Assembly: GCF_009834535.1 (NCBI RefSeq)
Contig: NC_045698.1
Coordinates: forward strand, 6,822,001 to 6,886,000
Source: Camelus ferus
Taxonomy: Eukaryota
Direction: 5' to 3'
DNA length: 64,000 nt
The translations under genes and the position numbers were made by a program. This document shows, piece after piece, positions 25,027-35,149 of the stretch. The notes below the pieces were generated by a model, which saw only the letters and a program-made list of their open reading frames with translations, searched no databases and was not told the DNA's origin. Every line of letters starts with the position of its first letter. Positions within the stretch are counted from its first letter, which is position 1.

Positions 25027-25262
25027 TACATACATTTTTTTCATTGATTCATCATTTTATTTATTGTTATATTTTTTATTGACGTATAGTTGATTGACAA
25101 CGTTGTGTTAGTTTCTGGTGTACAACACAGCGATTCAGTGTATAGAACAGACAACAAAGCTGATAGATAATAGATAGGTAATAACAACAGATATGACAAG
25201 GAGGTCATGATGTACAGCACAGGGAACTATACTCAGTACCTTATAATAAGCTACACACATTT
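25027..25262 (-). mobile_element. short camelid-type L1 insertion with 5' inversion and ~11-bp target-site duplication
   Basis: minus-oriented L1 3' end (25045-25140) joined to a plus-oriented upstream L1 segment (to ~25252); flanked by TACATACATTT / TACACACATTT. Confidence 0.75.
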
Positions 25263-25329
25263 AAACGCATTTTTAAATAGTCCAGAAGAAATGTGTATAT
25301 GACAATGCATTGGAAAACCAGAAACATGG

Positions 25330-25560
25330 AGGAGCTGTTGGCATCGTGGTTAGAGCTGCAGTCAGGCTGGGTTATAACCCTGGTGCTGCTAACCAGCCCC
25401 GTCATCCAACTCCCCCGAGATCGCACTCTTCATCCATAAACTACAGCCGACCCTCAGCTCGCAGGGTTATGTAACAGTGAAACCAAAGACAGTATTGAAA
25501 GCACTTAGTGTCCCGACTAACCCACATTAGGCAGTGAATAGACGTCAAACAAAAAGTATC
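25330..25560 (+). mobile_element. MIR SINE
   Basis: GGCATCGTGGTTAGAGCTGCAGTCAGGCTGGGTT...AAAGCACTTAGTG, followed by a (CAT)n tail. Confidence 0.6.
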
Positions 25561-25679
25561 ATCATCATCATATTCTGGTTGTTGCTGGATATTTTTTTCC
25601 TCTTTCTTGCTCATCTCCTGAAGATGTATTACTCAATTTTGGCAGCTTTAGTTTTGAGTATTTTTATCCTCTTTGTGTG

Positions 25680-25985
25680 ATCTCCTCGCCTCGTGGATGA
25701 GCTGGACTTCACTTGCTTCTAACGAGGAGACTGCAGCCAGAGTGAGGGTATGTCACTCCTGCGATTAGGTTACGCAAGACGGATTTTCTTCCTGTTCCCA
25801 CTTTCTCTCTCTTTGGCTGTTCCGGCTTGTTTGCTCTGAGGAAACAAGCTGCTATTTTGTGAGCCCAGGGGCCAAGAAGCTGACGACGGCCTCTGGCCAA
25901 TAGCCGGAGAGGAACTGAGGCCCCCACGCCCACAGCCCAGGAAGAGATTCAGTGTAATTTTTTATGCAACAATCTCTAACGGACA
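25680..25985 (+). mobile_element. MaLR LTR fragment (MLT1E-like)
   Basis: GACTTCACTTGCTTCTAACGAG...GTCACTCCTGCGATTAGGTTAC...GGCCTCTGGCCAATAGCCGGAGAGGAACTGAGGCCC. Confidence 0.65.
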
Positions 25986-26899
25986 CATCTACATTTGGGC
26001 TCAATCTCTAAGAGATGGAAAGGCTGAATTTGCTGCTTTCTAGAGAAACTCAATGGGCAGCTTTTTTGCCAAAACACCGTCTACGCTTTCCCTTGGAGCA
26101 AGGCTGTTGTGGAATGTTCTACTGAAAAACATAGAAACGCCAAGCGGCAGCATCACAGGCTGGCCGCAGACTTGCAAGGCAAGGCTCTAAATTCCCATAT
26201 TCCTTTTACTTATATCTAGTACCCGAGGTTCTATCTTCTTTCTTTCCACCGCCTGTGCTATTTTCTGTAAAACTGATCCCTCACACAACCCTCTGAGCTC
26301 ACTGCAGAGAAATACCACCTGGGTTGTAAAATGTCAAAAGCACATGGTGAATGAGCAGGCAGATCCGTAGCCCACAGTGATGCCAAGGCTGGAAGACTGA
26401 TGCTGGAATGTACCTGGCACCGTCACTGCAGACGGGGCCCTGGACAGCTGCCCTCAGCTCGGCATTCCCTATGCTGCTTACGCAGAGGTGGTCATTCAAG
26501 CTGTGAAATGGCCCCACAGAGCAGCCCGCCACCATGTGCCTCTGCTGCACGACAAAGATTTGCCCAGTTCTCGAATGGGCATCCTGCCTCCGAAGCAGAT
26601 GGACGTGAGTGAAAGCAGGATGGCGATTAGTCGTGTGCACAGAACTATTTCAGTCTGGGGTCAAGTTGGCATTTGGGAGCTTGCCACCATCTGCTCTCCT
26701 AGGGCTCCAAGTTCGCAACTCCAGCTTGCAGATGGATCGACATTTTAAAATTTCTTAAATCTTGGGTATAGTTTCAAGTGCACTGTTACTGTGGACTCTG
26801 AGGGACAAAATCTTATTACCCATCTTTGCATTGTGTCACGTAAACCCTACAGCACAATTTTTGTGAACAGAAGACAGTCAAATTGAAGAGAGGAGGCCA

Positions 26900-27225
26900 A
26901 CCTCAACTCCAGTCACTCTTACTCCCTGTGGTCCAGCCACGGACCATTTCTTATACACCATTACAACCACCACCACCAGCAACAGAAATAAACTCACCAG
27001 CAGCTTCGCTTCCCCCCAAAACAACACATCTAACACCAACAATGACAACAAAATCAACAACAAGACCACAACTATCACCACCACAGTCCCCCTCAGCAAC
27101 AGCAAAGCCACCGTGGCCTCCACTAACCTCCACAACAAAGGCTCCACCACTGTCCCCACCAACAACACAACCACCGGCAACAACACAATTATCCTCACCA
27201 AAAACAGCAGCAAAAGCATCACCCC
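26900..27225. repeat. degenerate (CAC/CAA/CAG)n trinucleotide low-complexity tract
   Basis: 3-nt periodic ACC/ACA/CAA units; produces T/P-rich (+) and L/V-rich (-) chance ORFs. Confidence 0.85.
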
Positions 27226-28059
27226 ACGTTTCTCAGATGTCTTCTTTGTCAGGCACCGTACTTGAGTGAGTGTTGTGTGTGGATTATTGTACTTAATCCC
27301 TACTTACTACAGACCTTTTGAATGGCTTGTTCTCTCTCAGGCTTTAGAACTTTTGCACATTTCCTGCCTCTGCTGAAAACCCAGTATCTCGATCCTTTCA
27401 CTCATCACACCACCACTTCTGAATCTTTGGCAAACTCTACTCATCCTTTAAAACTTGACTTAAGCATTTTAGGGAGAATCAGGTGCCCCTTGTCTATTGC
27501 CTGTAAACGGCTCTCTCACAGAGGTTATGATGTTGTAAGGGAATGACTTGTTTCCATGTGTTTCCTCCCACGGTGTTTGAACTTCGTCAAGGAGAGGGAT
27601 TGCCTCTTCCCATGTTTGTGGCTCAGAGTCAAGCACAACTACACGCCGTTCACTGCAATGAGCAGTGAGGCTGTATCGGGAGGATGCCAAAGGGGGAGGT
27701 AGAGTGGGTCAGAGAAACTTGTGTCTCTCACAATAGAAAGTTTATAGACAAAGTCTAATATTTACATATCAATAATGAGTGACAGAAGACATGTATTTAG
27801 AGATACAGACATAACTCTGATAGGAAACAGCTCAAAGAGTTAAAATAATTTTCCTGAGAGTGGATTGGGATTGAGAAGGGGGAGTAACCTGGAGATTCGT
27901 GCTTTACATTAGAAGCAGATAGAATTTGGAGAGCATATTTCCATATGAAAAGATACCCTCCTATTCACCAAATATCACACATTCCTGCCTTTTCTTTCTC
28001 TGTTATTATAACACTGTAGGCTCTCCAGTCACCAAGACCCTCAAGCTCCCAGGTCTCCA

Positions 28060-28280
28060 GCAGGAGGCAGCAAGGAGCGTGGGTTTGATGTCAGGTAGCT
28101 GTCTCAGCTCAGCCACTTACCAGCTGTGTGACACTAGGAAATTCATTAACTTCTCTGAACCTCAGTCTATACATCTATGCAGTGAGGATGACACTTCCTA
28201 GCTGATGAGATTCTTGTGGGAATTCAACGAGGAGATAGATGCAAAATGCTTAGCATAAATTAGGGGTACAACACGTGAAT
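28060..28280 (+). mobile_element. MIR SINE
   Basis: CTCAGCCACTTACCAGCTGTGTGACACTAGGAAATTCATTAACTTCTCTGAACCTCAGT. Confidence 0.8.
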
Positions 28281-28411
28281 GGGTGCTTTCCCTGCATCAC
28301 CCCAAAAGTACCAGCACCAGCTCTGCAATGCTGATGGATCACCTGCCAGCGAGACTCCACCTGGCTTGTGTACGGCTGATTTTTTTGAATATTCATAGTG
28401 GCCTTTAATTG

Positions 28412-28776
28412 AAATTTTTTTTAATCTTATTTTTTATTGAAGTGTAGTTGATTTACAATGTTAGTTTAAGGTGTACAGCAAAGCGATTCAGTTATACATA
28501 TACACACATATATATTTTTTTTCAGATTATTTTCCATTCTAGCTTATTACGAGAAACTGAATATAGTTCCCTGTGCTGTACAGTAGGTCCTGTTGTTGCT
28601 TTTCTATTTTACATACAGCAGTGTGTGTCTGATAATCCCAAGCTTGTAATTCATCCCTCCTCATCCTTTCTCCTTTGGTAATCATAGTTTGTTTTCTATG
28701 TCTGTGAGTCTATTTCTAATTTGTAAATAAAATTTGTATCTTTTTTTAGATTCCACATATAAATGATATCATATGT
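28412..28776 (-). mobile_element. cetartiodactyl/camelid-type L1 3' end
   Basis: poly-T then TTTATTGAAGTGTAGTTGATTTACAATG...GAATATAGTTCCCTGTGCTGTACAGTAGGTCC...TAGATTCCACATATAAATGATATCATATG; possible TSD TTAATTGAAATTTT / TTACTGAAGTTTT. Confidence 0.9.
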
Positions 28777-28952
28777 TACTGAAGTTTTTAAACCCTGTTT
28801 TCCCTTAGCTTTACCATTGACTCCCATGCGTGTGTTGTACCAACTTCTCTAACAACAGTTTTTGCTTTTGTGGCGATCCCTGCCACAGCTGCTTTCTCTG
28901 CTTTAATTCGCTCTGCGCCCGGCCCACCTTTCCCTGTGCTTCCTTCTGGAGT

Positions 28953-29157
28953 GGAGTTTCTCCACCCCGGCACTGCTGACCCTCTGGCCGGATCCTTCTT
29001 TGCTGTGGGGCTGCCTTGTGCTTTGCAGGATGTTGAGCAGCATCCCCAGTCTTTGCCTAGGACATGCCAGTAGGACACGGCAGGCTGTGACTATGAAAAA
29101 TATCTGCAGCCAGATGTCGCTTGGAGGGCAAAATTGCCCTTGGTTGAGAACCGCTGT
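28953..29157 (-). mobile_element. MER20 (hAT-Charlie) DNA transposon
   Basis: GAGTTTCTCCACCCCGGCACTGCTGAC ... GGGCAAAATTGCCCTTGGTTGAGAACCGCTG. Confidence 0.85.
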
Positions 29158-29690
29158 TCTGGAACTGGGCTTTGTCCCAGAGCACGTGCTGTTTGGCCTC
29201 AGCCCCTCGCCTTCTCTGGCCCAGGCTTCCCAAGCCCTGTAAATGCCCCACTGGGATCTGCTGCCTCAGTAGGAACAAGGAGGTGGGGGGACCCTCCACC
29301 TGCCCTCACAGCTGCGGGTGCCCCCTGGCGGCACTGGTCAGGGTGGACCCACCTGGTATGACGCTCCCAGGGGCGGAGCCCATTCAGCCTGCCCGGGGCT
29401 CTCCAGCAGGGCCACGCCCAGGAAAATGCTCTGGGTTTATTTCATTAAAACGAGAGGCAATGTATAAAGAAAAGAAACGCGGGCATCTGCAAGACAGAGA
29501 CCCCCCCTCCCCCCATCTATTCACATCTGCAGAGAGACGTCCACGTGTGAGTGGAGCGTGCTGACCGCCACCAGCACCGATGGGCAGACTGAGGCCACCG
29601 TCAGGAGATCCGGGTCAGGGGTCTTCAGGTTCCCCAAGGGGGTCGGAGGTCAGTATCAGGCCGCTCGTTACTCCTCCTGCACACACCTCC

Positions 29691-29831
29691 TGTTAACATT
29701 AGAGTAATGATATACAAAACTAGAGAGCTAATTAAAAATACAATTATTAAAGTATGGTCATGAAAATATAGTAACTCTTCTATAATGGGGGAGGTAGCGT
29801 CTTGGAAGCCTAGTTGAAAAGGATACGGCAT
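29691..29831 (-). pseudogene. COX2: cytochrome c oxidase subunit II, first 47 codons (NUMT fragment)
   Basis: mitochondrial-code translation [47 protein letters not shown] is the mammalian COX2 N-terminus; ATG directly follows tRNA-Asp; truncated after ACA at 29691. Confidence 0.96.
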
Positions 29832-29898
29832 AGAGATATACAGGGGTCTCACCTGTAATTTAGCCTTGACAAGGCTATGTAAATTTTACTAATATCTC
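29832..29898 (-). tRNA. MT-TD: mitochondrial tRNA-Asp(GTC), NUMT copy
   Basis: GAGATAT TA GTAA AAT TTAC A TAGCC TT GTC AA GGCTA AATT ACAGG TGAGACC CCTGT ATATCTC T: all four stems pair, 67 nt. Confidence 0.95.
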
Positions 29899-29904
29899 TA
29901 GATC

Positions 29905-29973
29905 GAGAAAGTTATAGTGGCTATAGGGTTGGCTTGAAACCAATTAGAGAGGGTTCGATTCCTTCCTTTCTTA
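29905..29973 (+). tRNA. MT-TS1: mitochondrial tRNA-Ser(UCN), anticodon TGA, NUMT copy
   Basis: GAGAAAG...GGTTGG CT TGA AA CCAATT AGA GAGGG TTCGATT CCTTC CTTTCTT A; 6-bp anticodon stem typical of mt tRNA-Ser(UCN); opposite strand to COX1/COX2, as in mtDNA. Confidence 0.95.
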
Positions 29974-29974
29974 C

Positions 29975-30003
29975 TTACTTTAGGTAATATAGGTTGGTTC
30001 CTC
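29975..30003 (-). pseudogene. COX1: last codons of cytochrome c oxidase subunit I (NUMT fragment, apparent 1-nt deletion)
   Basis: GAG GAA CCA ACC TAT ATT AC CTA AAG TAA = EEPTYI(x)LK*, matching the mammalian COX1 C-terminal EEPTY motif next to tRNA-Ser. Confidence 0.85.
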
Positions 30004-31511
30004 AGGTTTGTGAGGACTGGAGCTTTGGGGCACTCCTTTCATGCGTGGAGACTTGCAAGTCTGTGACCTGGGGGGCCTCCCTTCCTCTTCCTCTTACCTT
30101 AAAATGACTCTTCTCAACAGCGTATGTATGAAAGATGAAACTTTACAATCCCTGCTTACATACAAATTAATATCACTTACAAATATATTTGAAAAGCCCC
30201 TTAGGGGAAAAAATGCCCCTGCCCAGTCCTAGGGGAAGCCTTCGTATTGGATTTATAGATAAAGAAAGTGTACCGTCCCAACAAGGGAGCACTGGGAATG
30301 GAGCAGAGTGCCCTCCTTCATCCCTTCAGAATGACCTCCTGACCTTTGACCTGTGGCCACGGAATGCCTCTCAGACCGTCTCCTGCGGGCCTGTGGCTGA
30401 GAATCACAGTCACACCTTTGCAGAAAGCCTTGCCTGTGAAGACCTAAGGAAGAAACAGCTCCTCCCTCTGTGTCAGGAGGAGCAGCATTGTCCTGATTAG
30501 TCTACGCCTTCTCAAAATTCAACTCTGAGTCTGATTGCATTTGCATCTTCTGTTCCGCCGCATCAGCCCAGAACTGAATTTGCTATTCACTCCTCCTGGG
30601 CGCAAGACTGTCTGACCTGCCAGGAGACCCTTCTTCTGGCTCTGTTTTAATTTCAGACCCCTTCTCTTTTATTTGACTTTCTAAAAATGCTTCTTGTAGA
30701 TATTCCTAAATTTTTTATGACGTTGAACTATTGTATCTTCTCAAGTCGTTTTCTGTCTTCCTTTGCAAGGAGTTAGACTATAAATAAATTACTCAATATG
30801 CAAAAAGAAAATGTTTTCCCGATTTTTATTTCCAAGGGGAAAAAAAATCTGTTTAAATTCTGCCCTACCGTGTGTGGACTACAAATGTAGTCTCTGTGTT
30901 TCGAAGCAGCCTTTCCGACGATACCAGCGTTTTCTGATGAGCCGTGGAGGCAAATTTTCTCCTTGTGCAGAATACAGGTAATAAGTGACAAGTCCCTGAC
31001 ATCGATGACCTCATTTCTTCAACATGACTTTTCCTTCAGGGACTTTTACAAGCAAGTGTGATGGTATGGCTTCAGGGCCAGATCCTAAGTGCATACCATG
31101 TGCGGCCACCTGGCTAGACGCTGGCAGAAGAGTTCAAAATGTTTCTGGAGAAGCGTTGTTCGGAAGACCTTGCCATTTAGGAAAAAAATATGAATTGCGA
31201 TATAATTCTTCCAGAGCAGTGATAAGAGCAATAAATTCAGGATTATAGAATTCCAAGAAGATAGACCTTAAGCCCTGGAGTCAGGGAGGCATTTCATCAG
31301 GCAGTCCATTTTGGACATGCTTGTGGGACTTAGTAACGAGCAGCCAGGAGGGCCCCTGGGTTACTAGTGAGACGCCCAAACCCATGGTGCACGCAGTGAT
31401 GGAGAGGGCCTCCCGAGAGAATGAGGTGAACTAGGTGGTGGAATCCTAGAATCTACTGGGTCTGATTTCTTGTAGATTTTCCAAATTTAAAACTGGGACT
31501 TCTGTAGGGAG

Positions 31512-31603
31512 TGGAAGGTAGGGATAGCTCACGGGTAGGGCGCATGCGCAGCGTGCAAGAGGTCCTGGGTTCAATCCCCAAAGCCTCTATGAAAGGGGAA
31601 AAA
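31512..31603 (+). mobile_element. Vic-1-type camelid tRNA-derived SINE
   Basis: A-box-like TAGCTCACGGGTAGGGCGCATGCGCAGCGTGCAAGAGGTCCTGGGTTCAATCCCCA (B box GTTCAATCC), then an A-rich tail. Confidence 0.85.
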
Positions 31604-34600
31604 GTGGAGCTTTCAACCAGAGGTGCTAAACAGTAAGGCTTCATCAAGCAATTCTTCTTGCGATAGGAGCGCATGAGTCAGCACGATGCCTTCTCTGTAG
31701 AATTCTCTCGGAAGACCTGAGTGCACGCTGGGGCACCTACCTACGGATGGAGTTTTTCATGTTATCCGTGAGCAGCTGAGGGACACATTTTCAGTGTTTA
31801 AAGCAGGATCTGCAAATTGTCTTGCTCCGTCACTTCGGGACGGATGACCCAATTGCTTCCCATCAGAGGTAAAGCAGTAATTTCAAATTCTGGACACAGC
31901 AATTCCTGAGCCCCAGATGACACCAAAGAAACTGCGCAATTGCTCCAGTAGCCCTGGGTGACCTCGCCTGCACTGCTTAAGTGCTTTGTTTACACCCTCT
32001 TATCACGCTTTTCACATCGAGGCAGCTTATTTTTTTTATTGCTTCCTGAATTACTAGGCCTTAACAAAACGAGTTATTGTCTTACACTCACCTATGCTTC
32101 CTAAGACCATCAGAAAGCGGACATTCAATAAACGGTCACTGAACAAACAGAGCTGATGGAAGAGTGAGACGACTTGTCTCAGACAACACTTGTCAGTGTT
32201 AACTGACATTGCCCCTCCGTATTTGCTTGGACTTTTTATCCTTTCACCCTATTGTGGAAACTAGAAAGAGCAGAATTCACGAGCTCGGGTGAGTAATGTC
32301 GTAGCAGAAAGCCATGAGAACGTTCTGGAGTTTTACAAGCCTAGGCTCCAAGCTGAGAAGCCTGTCTACCCTTGCCACCCGGGAGAGAGAAGGAAGCCCA
32401 GACTGCAGTGAAAACAGTCAGTGCGAAAGCAGCAGGAGCTGAGATGCTGGGAGAGCTTTGAGCAAAGGATGGTATCCGTGCTCTCCCCAGTCCAAGCCTT
32501 AGGGGTGCAGACAAGGATTCCAGAGGGGCTGGGGGTTTGAGTCCGGCTCCATGTAGATGCTAAGGAAGCAGCAAGACCTAGAGTTGAAATGCTTAGGTGA
32601 GGTATCTTGCTGGAAGGACCAAAGAAGACTTGCAGAGTTCCCAGGACCCCACTGAGGTGCAGGGACAGCAGAATACTCTGTGCACCCAAGCATGGCATGG
32701 ACATCACTGCACTTAGCCTCGTGGGGGTTTCTCTGGCCCAGGGTGTGTGTGGGCAGAGGCAGAATGAACCCTGGGGACAGCTGTGAGATAGTCAGGCCGA
32801 CAGATGTGGCATGCAGAGATGCAGGATGATACAGAGACATGGGGGGCTTGGAAAGCCAAGACCCGAGATACAACAGGAGGTGCAGAGGATTCTGGACATG
32901 TAAGTGCCAGATGATAAATTCTCTTCCATCTTCTCTTGCAGTCCTCCTAGAACTTAAATAAGACTCCAGAAACCTGGGGACAACCCCAAGCTGATGAACA
33001 CATCTACCACCCCAATGCAATGGAGTCACAAAAGTAAATTATAGGAAAACAAAGAAATACCATTTTTTGCACATCGAGACAGTGAAGATTGAAATCTATC
33101 CACGTGCAATGAACAACTATGTCAGCTGAAATACACAAAGGAAGTGTCATCAGATCTGATTTTAGCCACAGCTGTCCTTGGTATCATAACTGAGACATTT
33201 GAAAAATAGTGGAGGAAACAAACAAAGGTCCAACACAACATTCTATTTACACGGTACTTTCACTCCTGGAAAGCCAAGTGCTTGTAGACAAAATAGTCCA
33301 ACCTTCCTTATGCTGCCACCGCAGAACAATGCCACTGAGGGCCTTGTGTTCCCATGTGTTCAAGGGAGAACCTAGAACAGGACTCTAAGAAGGCTGGTAG
33401 AAGTCGAATTTGCACGAAACTAATTTATTCTGGATTTTGGAAGCGTGTGGTCCATTCTGTGTGGATTAAGTAGAGAACGCAAAGTGGGAGCTGCTGGGAT
33501 GCAGGGGCGTTGGGAAGAGAGGGGCGTCCTGCATGAGCCCAGGCCAAGGAAGGCGGAGGAGGGGGGAGCAGGCACACCTGAAAGGAGAGCTTGCATCCTC
33601 TTCCGGCCCCTTCCCTGCCCTGAGTGCCAAGACTCGGGGGCCAGGAGTTTGAAAGACCCAACACACGTGCTTCTGGGAGGAAATCAGAGGCTTCCCAGAA
33701 CCCAGATCAAGAAGAACGTCTGGGAAGTTGTACGGAAGCTTCTAGAAACTAAAGGCAGCAAAAGGCCCTTCCTGAACCGGTTGCCTCTCCAGGGTAGAGT
33801 AGTGAGTTAAATTGGAGACATGAAGGAGCAAGTGGGCACGTGCATTTCTTTGAAAGTTGTTTTAAAATCTGCTTTTTCCTGCAACTCTCCTAAAGTTCAG
33901 TGACTAATGATCAGTGGCCTCTTATTGCAAAGAAATGTCTACACTGTCATCCTCCACAACTCACCTGACAGAAAGAACAAGACTATCTGCCAATATGTGG
34001 GCTGACCCAGTGACCCCTGTGCTGTAAGTGGAGGGGGTATCATGTTTTAGTTGCAGTTTACTGAGCAGTGTTAAGCTTCTTTTTCCCCCCTTTTCTCACT
34101 GTTCATGGTGATACCCATGGAGATTTTCCTGTAATTTTTGTAACGGAACCATGCCATTGTTACCATGGCGGAAGGTGAGAGAAAGTAAGCAAGAATTCAG
34201 AAGAGGAAATTCTAGGAGAGGAAATTTAGAGTTTATAAAAATATTAATACCAACTCGTTATTTTTATTTTTAAGGCATCCTGTACAACGTACCAATATAA
34301 AATCATAGGATATAGTGGTAATGATTGCTATTCTTCTATGTATATCTTTAGATGCTAATTTTGAAAGGCACATAAAGATGATTTATATATATATGGATTC
34401 TAAATGTCACTGTGACATGAAGTGGAGGCTCAGACAGAACCAAGAGAAAAATTTTACCTTGGGCTCTTTTATCCAAGGTTTGTGTCTCCACCATCACTGT
34501 CTCCGTAACTCCCATAGTGAGTTTGCCAGGTAGGCTCAGGGAAGAAGCACCTGGTCTACACATAAAGGGAAACTGAGACAAAAGCTTCATCTTCACAAGA

Positions 34601-34857
34601 TGACCTTTTGGAAAGTGCAAGGCTTGGCATCTGATGTGTTGTATGTGCAGCTACAAAGCAGCTCATATAGGCAGGTGTGCGGCATCTGTGTAGGTAAACC
34701 AATGAGGTACCGACCACAGAGGGGGCTCAGAGTAGGATGGAGCCATGGGAATAAGGTGAGGATGGGAAGGAAATGTGTTTCAGAGGCAAAAACCTGGAGG
34801 CTAGAGTGCCTTCAAGGATTCTGGTTTTAATAACTGGTGGATTATTGAAAGAAAGGA

Positions 34858-34895
34858 CAGATGGGTGGATGGATGGGTGGGTGGATGGATGAATA
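34858..34895. repeat. (GGAT/GGGT)n tetranucleotide microsatellite
   Basis: directly visible. Confidence 0.85.
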
Positions 34896-35031
34896 AACAA
34901 ACAAATATGTAAAGTTAGTAACAGTAAAGGAGAGTGAGTCTTCAAGGTGCAAAATAATTCACTAAGCATGTTTCTCCTGTACCAGTTCCAGACAAACAAG
35001 TCAGTATGATTTTACACATACATATAAAAGG

Positions 35032-35140
35032 CCCTGACTCTAGCCCAACCATAGCCCTAACCCTAATTGTAGCCATAGCCCCCAACTCATCCCTCAACCT
35101 AGCTGTCAGCCAAGCCCTAAATTTACCTCTAACCCTAACC
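35032..35140 (+). repeat. degenerate (CCCTAA/CCATAG)n hexamer tract, telomere-like
   Basis: perfect CCCTAA at 35055-35066 (x2), 35115-35120 and 35133-35138 among variant units. Confidence 0.6.
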
Positions 35141-35149
35141 GAAGCATAT

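Larger units (their letters stand above)
29691..30004 (-). other. NUMT: nuclear copy of mitochondrial DNA (COX1 3' end - tRNA-Ser(UCN) - tRNA-Asp - COX2 5' end)
   Basis: vertebrate mitochondrial gene order and strand arrangement preserved over ~314 bp; AT-rich insert between GC-rich nuclear flanks. Confidence 0.97.

Noticed and set aside
29625..29852. ORF-track 75-aa ORF as a functional COX2 gene
   Set aside because: Only 47 COX2 codons are present, the listed start lies inside tRNA-Asp, and the flanks are nuclear; it is a NUMT fragment.
30934..30955. Hammerhead-like CTGATGA-GCC-GTGGA-GGC-AAA
   Set aside because: Stem II forms, but the required GAAA reads AAAT (catalytic G12 missing), and I could not build stems I/III or an NUH site.
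30971..30977. 7-nt segment between an acceptor (ttttctccttgtgcag) and a donor (gtaata)
   Set aside because: Not frame-preserving and no host transcript is evident; likely chance.
32366..33029. 113-aa and 176-aa minus-strand ORFs
   Set aside because: No recognisable protein family or exon structure; consistent with chance ORFs in GC-moderate DNA.
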